A stretch of DNA of 64,000 nucleotides from Candidatus Jordarchaeales archaeon (GCA_038858525.1 JAWCFL010000001.1:2053-66052), one strand, 5' to 3'. Positions 50,968 through 61,085 are shown, counted from the first letter of the stretch. A program made the numbers and translations. The notes: generated by a model from the sequence alone, not told the origin.

Positions 50968-52509
50968 TTGGAGTATTTAGTAGCGATAGATGCCGGAACA
51001 ATAGGTTGCAGAACCATAATATTTGATGAAGAAGGAAGGGAGATCAGCAGAGCATATGAAGAGTACCCGAGCATATACCCTCACCCCACATGGGTTGAGC
51101 AAAGAGCGGACGACTGGTGGAGAGCAGCCTGTAACACTCTGAAAAGATCACTTTCTCAAGCCAAGGTAAAAACTGACAGAGTGGCAGGGGTGAGCGTGAC
51201 AAATCAGAGGGAAACCATAGTTCCAGTCAACGAAAATGGAACGCCATTAAGGAACGCTATAGTATGGCAGGACCGTAGAACGGTTAATGAGTGCGCAACA
51301 ATAAAGGAAATAGTTGGAAGCGAGAAGATATATGAGATAGCCGGACTAACTATAGACCCCTACTTCTCAGCTCCGAAAATTCTTTGGATAAAGAAAAATG
51401 AAGAAGAGATTTTCGAGAGGACCTACAAGTTCATGCTCGTCCATGACTATCTACTGATGAAGTTAACAGGAGAGTTTGTAACTGATTGGTCTAACGCCTC
51501 AAGAACCATGCTTTTCGACATGAGAAATTTCGAGTGGTCTAAAGCAATCTGTGACGCTCTAGAAATACCTTTAGAGAAGCTTCCAAGAGCGGAGCCACCC
51601 GCAAAGAAAATAGGGGAAATAACTAGGGAAGCCAGTGAAGCGACAGGACTAGAGCCAGGAACACCCGTCATAACCGGAGGAGGAGACCAACAATGTGGTG
51701 CTGTAGGTATAGGAGTTGTTAGGGAGGGAAGGATAAAGGCTACAACAGGAACGGGAACCTTCATTCTTGCCTACTCTAACAAGCCCATGTGGGATAAAAA
51801 CATGAGAGTGCTTTGTAGCTGCCATGCGGATCCAGGTAAATGGGTTATCGAGGCAAGCATTTTTACGACAGGATCAGTATACAGATGGTTTAGAGACCAG
51901 TTAGGACACACAGAGAAAGCTTTAGCAGAGATACTAGGAGAGGACCCATATAACATACTTAACAGGGAGGCTGAGGCTGCGCCGCCTGGCTCCGGCGGAA
52001 TTCTCGTTTTGCCTCACTTCGTAGGGGCTGGAGCCCCATACTGGAATCCAAATTCTCGAGGAGTAATATTCGGACTAGCATTGGGACACACTAGGAAGCA
52101 CTTGATAAGAGCGCTAATGGAAGGAGTATGTTTCGAGATAAGAAAAAACATCGAAGTAATAAAACAGATGGGAATTACCGTTGACGAAATGCGAATCACT
52201 GGGGGAGCGACACGAAGCCAACTCTGGAACCAGATCCAAGCAGACGTCTACAACTTACCAGTCGTAATAGGAGCAGTTGAGGAAGCCACAGCGCTCGGCG
52301 CGGCGATACTAGCTGGAGTGGGGTCAGGCGTATACAAGTCCGTTTCGGATGCAGCTGAAAAAGTAGTCCAGATAAAAGAAAGGAGAAATCCTGACCCTGC
52401 AAAGCGGAAAATGTACGATAAGCTTTACAGGTTACATTTAGAGCTATATGATGCGCTAAACGAAAGAGGCCTCTTTGCGAAGCTGGCAGAGATAACAGAG
52501 CTAATATGA
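50968..52509 (+). CDS. glpK: Glycerol kinase (FGGY family)
   Basis: 513 aa; N-terminus AIDAGTIGCRTIIFD, WQDRRT motif, located immediately upstream of glpABC. Confidence 0.85.
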   Translation: MEYLVAIDAGTIGCRTIIFDEEGREISRAYEEYPSIYPHPTWVEQRADDWWRAACNTLKRSLSQAKVKTDRVAGVSVTNQRETIVPVNENGTPLRNAIVWQDRRTVNECATIKEIVGSEKIYEIAGLTIDPYFSAPKILWIKKNEEEIFERTYKFMLVHDYLLMKLTGEFVTDWSNASRTMLFDMRNFEWSKAICDALEIPLEKLPRAEPPAKKIGEITREASEATGLEPGTPVITGGGDQQCGAVGIGVVREGRIKATTGTGTFILAYSNKPMWDKNMRVLCSCHADPGKWVIEASIFTTGSVYRWFRDQLGHTEKALAEILGEDPYNILNREAEAAPPGSGGILVLPHFVGAGAPYWNPNSRGVIFGLALGHTRKHLIRALMEGVCFEIRKNIEVIKQMGITVDEMRITGGATRSQLWNQIQADVYNLPVVIGAVEEATALGAAILAGVGSGVYKSVSDAAEKVVQIKERRNPDPAKRKMYDKLYRLHLELYDALNERGLFAKLAEITELI

Positions 52510-52523
52510 AGAGTTGATGCAGG

Positions 52524-54017
52524 TTGAGGGTGGATGTGGCAGTAATAGGGGGAGGAGTTACTGGTCTAGGTGTTGCGAGAGACCTAGCTCAGCGGGGAGT
52601 AACGGTAGCTCTTTTCGAGAAGGGAGATCTAGCTTCAGGAACTAGTGGAAGGTCCCATGGGTTACTACATAGCGGAGCAAGGTATGCAGTGAAGGACCCA
52701 GTGTCAGCTAGCGAATGCGCGCAAGAAAACAGGATCCTGAAAAAGATAGCGTCCCATGTGATAGAAGACACGGGGGGAATGTTTGTAGCTGTTGAGGAAA
52801 GTGACTTAGAGTATGAAAGGGTATTCCTAGATGGGTGCAAAAAATCAGGGGTAAGAGTGGAGGAGCTCAGCATTAAGGAGAGCCTTAGCAGGGAGCCGTA
52901 CTTAAACCCAAACGTAGTTGCGACTTATCTAGTAGATGACGCAGCAATAGATCCCTTCAGGCTTGCGCTTGCAAACTTCCTTGACGCTAAAAGCAACAAC
53001 GCTCAGATATTCACTTATACTCCAGTTAGACTTCTTGTTGAGCAAGGAGAGGTTACTGGTGTAAGACTGATTAAAAGCGGAGAAAACGTTCATGCGGACA
53101 TTGTAGTTAACGCCACGGGTGCTTGGGCTGGAGAAGTGTGCAGGCAAGCTGGCATTAAACTCGAAGTCAAACCCAATAAAGGAACGCTTGTCGTCGTAAG
53201 TAAGAGAATAGTGAATACCGTTCTAAACAGGCTAAGGCCGCCCTCGGATGGAGACATATTAGTGCCGCATCAGACAACTATGATTCTCGGAACAACTTCG
53301 ACATACGTTAGAACCCCAGACAACCTTTTACCAACAAGGAAGGAAATAAAGCTAATTGTAATGGAGGAGGAGAAGCTTGTTCCGCTAGTTCGGCGGCTTC
53401 GGGTAATTAGAGCATTCTCGGGTGCACGCCCCCTCCTTGAAGGGGGATCAGGAAGGGAAGCTGCGAGAACATTCCTAGTTATAGACCATGATGAGAGCGG
53501 CGTGAAAGGGTTGATCACGGTCACAGGGGGAAAACTTACAACATATAGACTTATGGCTGAGAAAACCGCAGATTTAGTTTGCGCGAAGCTTGGAGTAAGA
53601 GCACCTTGCAGTACCGACAAGGAAGAGCTGCCGGAAGTGCCTGTGAAAAGCACGCTCGAACGTTACGAAGCACTAGAAGGGGAGCTTAGAGACGGAAAAG
53701 AAGTTGTTTGTGAGTGTGAAATGGTGACGCGCAGTGAAGTTGAGAAGGCATTCAATGTTCTGGCAGCTAGGACGCTGGGGGACGTTAAGAGGAGAACTAG
53801 GATGGGTATGGGGGAGTGCCAAGCGCAAATGTGCGCTTATAGAGTGGCTGATCTTATGGCGGAGTCGTTTGGATTCGGGGCTGATGAAGCTTTGAATATG
53901 TTGAGTGATTTCTTAAGGGAACAGTGGAAGATCAGTAGAGTTTTAGAGGGAAGCCAAAAGGCGCAAACAGAGTTTTTCAAAACAATGTATAGGTTGGCGG
54001 GTAGCCTTGACGGGTAA
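52524..54017 (+). CDS. glpA: Anaerobic glycerol-3-phosphate dehydrogenase subunit A
   Basis: 497 aa; FAD-binding GGGVTGLGVARDLA plus C-terminal BFD-like [2Fe-2S] domain (CECEMVTRSEV...GECQAQMC). Confidence 0.85.
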   Translation: MRVDVAVIGGGVTGLGVARDLAQRGVTVALFEKGDLASGTSGRSHGLLHSGARYAVKDPVSASECAQENRILKKIASHVIEDTGGMFVAVEESDLEYERVFLDGCKKSGVRVEELSIKESLSREPYLNPNVVATYLVDDAAIDPFRLALANFLDAKSNNAQIFTYTPVRLLVEQGEVTGVRLIKSGENVHADIVVNATGAWAGEVCRQAGIKLEVKPNKGTLVVVSKRIVNTVLNRLRPPSDGDILVPHQTTMILGTTSTYVRTPDNLLPTRKEIKLIVMEEEKLVPLVRRLRVIRAFSGARPLLEGGSGREAARTFLVIDHDESGVKGLITVTGGKLTTYRLMAEKTADLVCAKLGVRAPCSTDKEELPEVPVKSTLERYEALEGELRDGKEVVCECEMVTRSEVEKAFNVLAARTLGDVKRRTRMGMGECQAQMCAYRVADLMAESFGFGADEALNMLSDFLREQWKISRVLEGSQKAQTEFFKTMYRLAGSLDG

Positions 54018-55110
54018 AGTTGATGTATTGATCGTAGGAGCCGGCGTAGCGGGTTTGACCGCCGCGGAAATAATAGGTGAGGGCGGGTTTCAGGTTCTTG
54101 TTTTAGCATCCGGTTACGGTTGCAGCCAAGCGTCTTCTGGAACTATAGACGTACTGGGGCGATACAAGGGTGAAAACGTCTTAGACGTTGAAGCTGCACT
54201 CGAGAAGTTCGTGGAGGAGAAACCGTGGCACATTTACGCTTTGGCGGGAAAGAAAACGGTTCTAAACGCACTATCTGATTTTCAATTTAGAAGCGGGGGA
54301 CTTTATGCCGGAGGGGGAGGGCGGAACATGAAAATAATCACTCCGCTGGGAACTGTTAAGAGCACCTACCTCGTTCAGTTCACTATGCTCAATGCTTCTT
54401 TTGAATCACTCGCAGAGAGCAAGGTTATGCTGGTGGCTTTGCCAGGATTGACAGGCTATGCTCCCCACATAATAGCGGGAAAAATGAGGAATAAAGGGAT
54501 TGACGTGAAAATGACAAAATTGGACTTATTTGCCACAAGCCCCTTTCAGCTGGCGAGTAGTGTTGAATCTAACCCGGAAGTCTTAATTGAGAAGCTGAGA
54601 GAAGTAGGTGCAGGAGATCATGATTGGGTGGTTTTTCCACCGATTTTAGGACTCAGAAACGTAAAGGAAACATGGCAGGTAGTCGAGGAAAAACTGGGAA
54701 CACGTGTAGTTGAGCTTCCATCTCTTCCACCCTCAGTTCCGGGAAAAAGATTATACTTCTTGCTAAGAAGACGGTGTGAAAAGGCGGGCGTCAGCGTGGT
54801 GCTTGGAAAAATAGTAAAAGGAATTAAGCTTATGGGTGGTAAAGTAACGAGGGTCTTAACGAATGAAGGCAGCTATGTTCCCTCCGCTCTAATTCTATCA
54901 ACAGGCTGGATGTTAGACCATGTTTTAAGGATCAGAGGAATGCCTCGGAGAGGCAAGAACGAGTACGGTATTAAGGTTGAAGGTGTGGAAAACCTTTTCT
55001 TTGCGCGAACCCTAGTCTCTCACGAGGAAAAAATAGGTCTAGGCGCCGCTATCACTGCAGGCTGGTTAGTGGGAAAGGCGGCGCTGGACTATTTAAGAGG
55101 GAGAAAGTAA
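54007..55110 (+). CDS. glpB: Anaerobic glycerol-3-phosphate dehydrogenase subunit B
   Basis: 367 aa; N-terminal FAD-binding VLIVGAGVAGLTAA; overlaps glpA by 11 nt. Confidence 0.75.
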   Translation: MTGKVDVLIVGAGVAGLTAAEIIGEGGFQVLVLASGYGCSQASSGTIDVLGRYKGENVLDVEAALEKFVEEKPWHIYALAGKKTVLNALSDFQFRSGGLYAGGGGRNMKIITPLGTVKSTYLVQFTMLNASFESLAESKVMLVALPGLTGYAPHIIAGKMRNKGIDVKMTKLDLFATSPFQLASSVESNPEVLIEKLREVGAGDHDWVVFPPILGLRNVKETWQVVEEKLGTRVVELPSLPPSVPGKRLYFLLRRRCEKAGVSVVLGKIVKGIKLMGGKVTRVLTNEGSYVPSALILSTGWMLDHVLRIRGMPRRGKNEYGIKVEGVENLFFARTLVSHEEKIGLGAAITAGWLVGKAALDYLRGRK

Positions 55111-55111
55111 T

Positions 55112-56209
55112 TTGGAAGCTAAACTATTATACGAGACAGATAGATGCCTTCACTGCGGCTCCTGCTTATCTGTTTGTCCGTTAGTTAATGCTGGTGTTCC
55201 CGGTAACCCTAAGAAGGTCGGCGTGTATGCAGCTAGAGACATGAGGAAGGCGGATTACTTCACTACTACTCCTTTTAACTGTACTTTTTGTCTTGCGTGT
55301 GTTAATGCATGCCCTGTCAATCTTCCAACTCCAGAAGTTGTGAAACGTCTCAGAGGGAGGGTTAAACGTCCAGACTCAATAGAACAACTTGTGGAGAACG
55401 TCAAGTCAAGCGGGAACATTTTTGGAATGAGAAACGATGAAAGATGGATATGGAGCATTGAACTAGACTTTCCTTTAGAGGAAAAAATAGACACTAAAGC
55501 TGAAGTCGGATACTTTGTAGGGTGTAATTCTGCTTTCGCTCCGTCACTCTCAGGAATACCTGTGGCAAATATTACTCTCCTTGAGAGGGCAAAAATTAAC
55601 TACACGTTAATTTCCGGCGAGAAATGTTGCGGTATACCACTCGCGATGGCAGGGGAGGAAAGCGTGCTCGCAGAGATAGCGAAAAGCAACGTTGAAGAAT
55701 ACAAGAAGAGGGGGGTCAAAGTTCTGGTGACGTCTTGCCCAGCTTGTTTACGAGCATGGAGAGAAGTTTATCCCAGAATAGTGAAGGTGCCATTCAAGGT
55801 TCAGCACGCTACGCAGTTCATTTTTAGCTTGATAAAGAGGGGCAAAATTAAACTTGCCAGAATAGACAGGAAAGTGACGTATCAAGATCCCTGCGAGCTG
55901 GCTAGAGGATGCGGCATAATAATAGAGCCTCGTCTTCTGATAAAGGAGACGGGTGCATTGCTCTTGGAATTCAAAGAAAAAGGATTAGAGGCAGAGTGTT
56001 GTGGTGGGGGAGGTCTTTTGAGAGCGACTAATCCTCAGACGGCCACACGGCTTGCTCTTTCAAAGCTACAAGAGGCAAAGTTGCTTGGATCTGAAGCGAT
56101 AATAACTGCGTGTCCCGCGTGCAAGCAAAACCTCCTAAAAGCAGGAGGTGACATTCCCATATTGGACATAGGTGAGCTACTCCTCACCGCTCTTCCTTCT
56201 AACTCTTGA
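55112..56209 (+). CDS. glpC: Anaerobic glycerol-3-phosphate dehydrogenase subunit C (Fe-S / CCG-domain protein)
   Basis: 365 aa; two ferredoxin-like Cys clusters (CLHCGSCLSVCP, CTFCLACVNACP) plus two CCG (cysteine-rich) domains. Confidence 0.8.
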   Translation: MEAKLLYETDRCLHCGSCLSVCPLVNAGVPGNPKKVGVYAARDMRKADYFTTTPFNCTFCLACVNACPVNLPTPEVVKRLRGRVKRPDSIEQLVENVKSSGNIFGMRNDERWIWSIELDFPLEEKIDTKAEVGYFVGCNSAFAPSLSGIPVANITLLERAKINYTLISGEKCCGIPLAMAGEESVLAEIAKSNVEEYKKRGVKVLVTSCPACLRAWREVYPRIVKVPFKVQHATQFIFSLIKRGKIKLARIDRKVTYQDPCELARGCGIIIEPRLLIKETGALLLEFKEKGLEAECCGGGGLLRATNPQTATRLALSKLQEAKLLGSEAIITACPACKQNLLKAGGDIPILDIGELLLTALPSNS

Positions 56210-56623
56210 AAGCACTCTCTCAAAAACTCTCAACCCAACAGCGAGCTTAGCACTTCTAGCCATGAGACCAGCGATCATCATGACGTCAAATATTTCGTCG
56301 ACAGATGCGCCCTCACGAAGCGCAGCCTCAACGTGAAAGTCCATGCAGTGTTCACATCCTAAAGCTACAGCCGCAGACAGTGCGACGAGCTCAGCCACTT
56401 TGCGAGTCAGAGCCTTCGGCCTCCTAAGCGTGAAAAGTGATAGAAGAGAATCCAGTACAAGCAGTTCAGGTCTGTTGCGTCCAATAGACTCTGATACAAA
56501 GGGCACGCGTCCATATTCCACGTGCATCTCACGGAAAAGCTCATCGACCACAGCGTCCAAATTCCTAAATAAAGATTCAAGAAGAGACTTCAAACTCAAA
56601 ATTTCACCCGGAAACGAGATCAA
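56177..56623 (-). CDS. Carboxymuconolactone decarboxylase / AhpD-like family protein
   Basis: 148 aa; CEHCMDFH (AhpD CxxC-H core). Confidence 0.7.
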   Translation of the reverse strand: MISFPGEILSLKSLLESLFRNLDAVVDELFREMHVEYGRVPFVSESIGRNRPELLVLDSLLSLFTLRRPKALTRKVAELVALSAAVALGCEHCMDFHVEAALREGASVDEIFDVMMIAGLMARSAKLAVGLRVFERVLSRVRRKSGEE

Positions 56624-56780
56624 CTAAACAAAATATATATTCGCTTTTCCCTTGAAACACGAGCTACATTCAAAATCAAAAAATAAATAAAGAGCGAGGA
56701 AACGTCAGTATGGCGAATGAACAGAAGAAGGAAAAATTATAAGTTAGGGATAATCTTTGTTCAGTGAGAGAAGCGTACGG

Positions 56781-56914
56781 TGCGGGGGTTCCCTAGTTTG
56801 GCCAACTCTGAGACTGGCTAAAGGGGCCGGGCTTAGGTCCAGAGTGGTAAGAAACCCGGTGGTGTAGAATGTTAAGTAGCACAAACCTGCGTGGGTTCAA
56901 ATCCCACCCCCCGC
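56781..56914 (+). tRNA. tRNA-Leu(UAG) with three ~16-17-nt introns (D-loop, anticodon loop, variable arm)
   Basis: GCGGGGG-TT-CCC[29-nt D-loop]GGG-G-CCGGG-CTTAGG[16 nt]A-CCCGG-[31-nt variable]-GTGGGTTCAAATCCCAC-CCCCCGC-A. 134 nt, against about 86 nt mature. Confidence 0.7.
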
Positions 56915-56923
56915 ATCACTTGA

Positions 56924-57769
56924 GTGCTTTTGCAGTTTTGGAATTCCGTCTCTTCATTTAGAGGGAGGAATTTTTCTTTGGGAAAAGATGTATGGAAAGC
57001 CGAAGAAAGAGCAGATAAAGGAATATTAAAAGAGAAAGGATCTGAACTTTTTAAAACAGTTGAGGGTGTTCTCGACACAAGCACCTTAATGACCCTGTAT
57101 GAACTGGAAAATAGAGGTTACTTCAGAAAACTTATGGGTGTGGTTTCAACAGGGAAAGAGGCGAACGTTTATTGGGGGGTGGGTGACGGAGAGGAAGTTG
57201 CTGTTAAAGTTTACCGCACGGCGACGCTTGACTTCAAGAAGATTTGGGTTTACATAGCGGGCGACCCCCGTTTCTCTAGAATTAAAAAAAGTACGCGTGG
57301 AATGATGTTCATTTGGGCTGAAAAAGAGTTTAAAAATCTTAAGTTGGCATATGAGGCGGAGGTAAGAGTGCCTAAGCCCATAGTTCAGCGCAAAAACGTT
57401 TTAGTGATGGAGTTTATAGGGGAAGACGGGGTGCCGGCTCCAAAAATAAAGGATGTTGAGCTTACCGCTCAAGAGCTGAGGGAGGCATTTGAAAAAGTGA
57501 TCGATTACGTTGCTAAACTTTACAGAAAGGCGGAACTTATACATTCGGACATAAGTGAGTATAACATTCTTTGGTGGGATGAGCCTGTGCTCATAGACCT
57601 CTCCCAAGCAGTAATGCTCAGCCATCCATTATCCCATGAGTTTCTCGTCAGAGACCTTAAAAATATATCAGTGTACTTTTCACGTGAAGGTGTAAGTGTA
57701 CCATCCATAGAGGAATTATATTACCAAGTAACAGGAGAGGAGGCCCCTTGGAAGCAAGAGAGTACGTGA
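56924..57769 (+). CDS. rio1: RIO-type serine kinase (Rio1)
   Basis: 281 aa; ...ISTGKEANVYWG..., catalytic HSDISEYNIL, IDLSQAV (DxG-like); start uncertain. Confidence 0.8.
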   Translation: MLLQFWNSVSSFRGRNFSLGKDVWKAEERADKGILKEKGSELFKTVEGVLDTSTLMTLYELENRGYFRKLMGVVSTGKEANVYWGVGDGEEVAVKVYRTATLDFKKIWVYIAGDPRFSRIKKSTRGMMFIWAEKEFKNLKLAYEAEVRVPKPIVQRKNVLVMEFIGEDGVPAPKIKDVELTAQELREAFEKVIDYVAKLYRKAELIHSDISEYNILWWDEPVLIDLSQAVMLSHPLSHEFLVRDLKNISVYFSREGVSVPSIEELYYQVTGEEAPWKQEST

Positions 57770-58305
57770 AGGTTCCTAAGGAACGCATAGCAGTAATAAT
57801 AGGCAAAGATGGATGCGTTAAGAAAAGGCTGGAGCAAGAGACAAAAACCAAAATAACAGTAGACAGCAACGAGGGAACTGTAACCATAGAAACAACAGAG
57901 GAGACAGAAGACCCTCTATCAATCTGGAGAGCAAGAGACATAGTAATTGCTATGGCGAGAGGGTTCAGTCCTGAAAGAGCCTTCCGCCTCCTGGACGAAG
58001 AACAAATGCTGGAAGTCATAGACTTAACAAAAATAGTAGGAGACTCCAGAAATACGCTTACAAGAATCAAAGGAAGGATAATAGGAGAAGAAGGGAAAAG
58101 CAGAAGAATAATAGAGGAAACCTGCGGAGCAGCCATCTCGGTATACGGACATACGGTAAGCATAATAGGAGACAGCGACCAGCTTCAATGCGCAAAAAAA
58201 GCGATAATGATGCTCATCGAGGGCGCCCGTCACTCAACAGTCTATAGAGCAATACAAAGAATGGCTAGAGCCATAAAAATGAAGCGAATAATACCAACAA
58301 CCTAG
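57748..58305 (+). CDS. KH-domain RNA-binding protein (Pno1/Dim2-like, two KH domains)
   Basis: 185 aa; two IGKDG/IGEEG GxxG loops; adjacent to rio1 as in many archaea. Confidence 0.7.
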   Translation: MEAREYVKVPKERIAVIIGKDGCVKKRLEQETKTKITVDSNEGTVTIETTEETEDPLSIWRARDIVIAMARGFSPERAFRLLDEEQMLEVIDLTKIVGDSRNTLTRIKGRIIGEEGKSRRIIEETCGAAISVYGHTVSIIGDSDQLQCAKKAIMMLIEGARHSTVYRAIQRMARAIKMKRIIPTT

Positions 58306-58491
58306 ACAACGTAAAAGTGCTTAAAACTGAATTTACATGAAGACGCAAAACAGCAGTAATTTAATGCGTTTATAACTTCATAAAAACTAGAAAACAAAGT
58401 GATAAAAGCTTAATTAAAAACAAAAGTTCAACAGTGAAATAGGAGAAAAGCCCTTATTTCGTTAGTCTTACAGGTGTTCATTAAGAACTGG

Positions 58492-59163
58492 CTAGATATT
58501 TAACTGGCGTAGTTTCTGTAGAAGGCTGGTTTTAATATACTTTAGCAAGACTAGGAAGTGCTTTAGGTAGTTTATCTTAAGTCTTCTTTTTCCATCAAGT
58601 CGAGGATGAACTGGAATGGGAACTTCGCGTATACGCGCACCCATCGTCGCCGCCTCCAGAAGAAGTGTTCCGCATGTGCTTCTGCTCTCAAGAGTCAGTC
58701 TTTGCGCAAGTTTTTTTCTAATGGCGATGAAGCCGCTTCCGGCGTCGTGAACTCTTACGAGGGGCCACACTAGTGCCGAAATTAGTAGTTCAGCTGGAGG
58801 GATGCTACTTCTGCGTCCGACAACGAGGTCTGCCTCGCCAGAAGCAACCAGCCCAGCTAGCAACGGAATGTATGATGGGTCGTGCTGGCCGTCTCCATCT
58901 ACACGGACGATGATGTCTCCCCTAGCTTCCCTGAAACCTGTTTTCAAGGCCTCGTTAATTCCTCTATTTTCTCCGTGACGGATAACTTTAGCACCAGTCT
59001 TCTCAGCAGCCTCGGCCGTTCCATCCCAGCTACCGTCATCGACGACAATAACCTCACTAGCATACCGCAAACATCTCCTAACGACACAACTAATAGTTTT
59101 CACCTCATTAAAGGCAGGAATAATCACTGAAACATCATAACAACTGCCTAAAAATTTAAACAA
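58492..59163 (-). CDS. Family-2 glycosyltransferase (dolichyl-phosphate mannosyl/glucosyl-transferase-like)
   Basis: 223 aa; VIIPAFNE...VVDDGSWDGT...DGDGQHDP motifs. Confidence 0.75.
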   Translation of the reverse strand: MFKFLGSCYDVSVIIPAFNEVKTISCVVRRCLRYASEVIVVDDGSWDGTAEAAEKTGAKVIRHGENRGINEALKTGFREARGDIIVRVDGDGQHDPSYIPLLAGLVASGEADLVVGRRSSIPPAELLISALVWPLVRVHDAGSGFIAIRKKLAQRLTLESRSTCGTLLLEAATMGARIREVPIPVHPRLDGKRRLKINYLKHFLVLLKYIKTSLLQKLRQLNI

Positions 59164-59301
59164 TTACGAACACCACCCGGAAACACTAAGTTCAAACGAA
59201 AAAACTATGCGTCCGATAAGACCGCTTCTAAAAAGATTTTTGAAAATCTTAGAAAGAAACATTGGGATTGATAAGTGGAGACGTTTGGTTAAAGGAAGTG
59301 G

Positions 59302-59425
59302 TGCAGGGGGTGGGATTTGAACCCACGCAGGCTTACGTTCCCAGTTTGGGTCTACGCCACGCGGGCCTCAGCCGCGTTCCTTTGACTTAGCCCATAGTAT
59401 ACACGTCTGGCTCGGACACCCCTGC
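59302..59425 (-). tRNA. tRNA-Leu(GAG) with insertions in the D-loop (~20 nt) and variable arm (~19 nt)
   Basis: Reverse complement reads GCAGGGG-TG-TCC[33-nt D-loop]GGA-A-CGCGG-CTGAGGC-CCGCG-[33-nt variable]-GTGGGTTCAAATCCCAC-CCCCTGC-A. The anticodon loop is intact (GAG). Confidence 0.65.
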
Positions 59426-59490
59426 TCCATATTGGAGTATTAAAATGTATCTTTTATAGTTTTCTTCGTAGCGAAAGAAAAAATTGCTTA

Positions 59491-60207
59491 TTACTGTTTT
59501 GATAGTATGATTCTGGCATCTACGGCCTTTGCTCCTTTGGGGTAGGCGAAGATTGGGTTTAAGTCTAGTTGGTCTATTTCAGGATGGTCTATGACGAGTG
59601 TTGAGACCTTCAAGAGTATGTCGATTAACGCTTCTATGTCTGCGGGGGGTTGTCCTCTTATTCCTTGTAGGATTGGATATGCTTTTATTTCTTTTATCAT
59701 TTCTTCTGCATCATACCTTGTTATTGGGGCAACTCTGAAGGAAACGTCTTTGAGGACTTCTACGAAGATTCCTCCTAGCCCGAACATAAGTGCTGGTCCA
59801 AACTGGGGGTCTTTAGCCATTCCGACTATTACTTCTCTTCCTTCCGGGCAGAATTCTTGAACTAGAATTCCAGTGATTTTCGCGTCGCTTTTGTATTTTT
59901 TCACGTTTTCATGTATTTCATTATAGGCTTTTATGACTTCGTTTTTGTTTTTCAGGTTGACTTTTACTCCACCCGCATCACTTTTGTGTATTATGTCGGG
60001 GGAGACTATTTTGAGGACGACGGGATAACCTATTTCTTCAGCGTACTTGGCTGCCTCATCGGGTGTTTTTGCTACTTTGAAGTTTGTTGTTGGGATTCCA
60101 TAGGACCGGATTACTTCTTTTGCTTCTGGTTCTAGGAGATAAGTTCTTCCCTCATCCAGAGCTTTTTGGATTATTTTTGAGGCTACTTCGTTGGACATTC
60201 CACTCAT
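59491..60207 (-). CDS. acdB: Acetyl-CoA synthetase (ADP-forming) beta subunit / acyl-CoA synthetase ATP-grasp subunit
   Basis: 238 aa; ...GYPVVLKIVSPDIIHKSDAGGVKVNLKN... is near-identical in pattern to Pyrococcus ACD-beta. Confidence 0.8.
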   Translation of the reverse strand: MSGMSNEVASKIIQKALDEGRTYLLEPEAKEVIRSYGIPTTNFKVAKTPDEAAKYAEEIGYPVVLKIVSPDIIHKSDAGGVKVNLKNKNEVIKAYNEIHENVKKYKSDAKITGILVQEFCPEGREVIVGMAKDPQFGPALMFGLGGIFVEVLKDVSFRVAPITRYDAEEMIKEIKAYPILQGIRGQPPADIEALIDILLKVSTLVIDHPEIDQLDLNPIFAYPKGAKAVDARIILSKQ

Positions 60208-60314
60208 CCTCGCATGATTCGTGATTAATTGTGATAAGTTCTGAAGGACATTTTCAGTTAGGTTCTCGAGAGCCAGCTCCCTATAAAAGTTTCCAGTGTT
60301 AACGAGTTACTGGT

Positions 60315-61085
60315 TTACTTTGCTAGTTCGCCGCCAGTGTATATTCGTTCTAAAGCCGCTTGGAGATTGTCGAGTCCTTCAAGTCTGGTTGAGGATACAG
60401 GTATTGGGATGTCGAACATATGGATTTTCGCTAGCGCTTCGCATATACTAAGTGACATTTCCCTTTTCATGCCTTGGGTTTCGCGCTCTATTGCTTCCAT
60501 TAGCGTGCGTGGCTCCGATACCCAATCAACGATTTTTTGAAGTTCACGGTCGGTTAGAATGTCACTTTTGGAGAGAATGTTAAGTTGAGGAAGGAAGAAG
60601 CGGTACTGTATGGATGCTCCCAGGAGCATGACGCTCACAAAGCCGTATGGTGTGCGTGCAAGAAAGGGGTCCATCAGGAAGCAAACGGCGCTTTGGGCTC
60701 CTCCAAGCGAAGACGTCACTATTGGACCGGATTCTCTGAAGGCGAAGAGTTCCAGTTGACCTGGAGTGTCTACTAGAACGTGAGTTGCACCTAGGTCGTC
60801 AATCTCCCTTTTGATTTCCTCTATAAAGTTGACCGTCATGTCAACGCACGCTACAAGCCCACCGTTAGGGCCTAGATTGAACGCGTCCATCACATCTTCT
60901 AGAACTACATATTCTCTTATATCAACATCTGGGGTGTAAGGTATGTAGCGTGCTCCTGGGTCGAGGTTTACAGTAGCTACATCTATGTTCTGTTCTCCTA
61001 ACCACTCCGAGTATACGTTTGCAAGGGTTGACTTTCCACTTCCAGCGGTTCCAACAAAAAAAGTTGTGTAGTACATTTTCCCCAC
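60315..61085 (-). CDS. GPN-loop GTPase
   Basis: 256 aa; Walker A GTAGSGKST and the diagnostic NLGPNGG motif. Confidence 0.85.
   Translation of the reverse strand: MGKMYYTTFFVGTAGSGKSTLANVYSEWLGEQNIDVATVNLDPGARYIPYTPDVDIREYVVLEDVMDAFNLGPNGGLVACVDMTVNFIEEIKREIDDLGATHVLVDTPGQLELFAFRESGPIVTSSLGGAQSAVCFLMDPFLARTPYGFVSVMLLGASIQYRFFLPQLNILSKSDILTDRELQKIVDWVSEPRTLMEAIERETQGMKREMSLSICEALAKIHMFDIPIPVSSTRLEGLDNLQAALERIYTGGELAK

Noticed and set aside
56872-57084. 70-aa minus-strand ORF
   Set aside because: Overlaps the tRNA-Leu(UAG) gene and the rio1 5' end; artefact.
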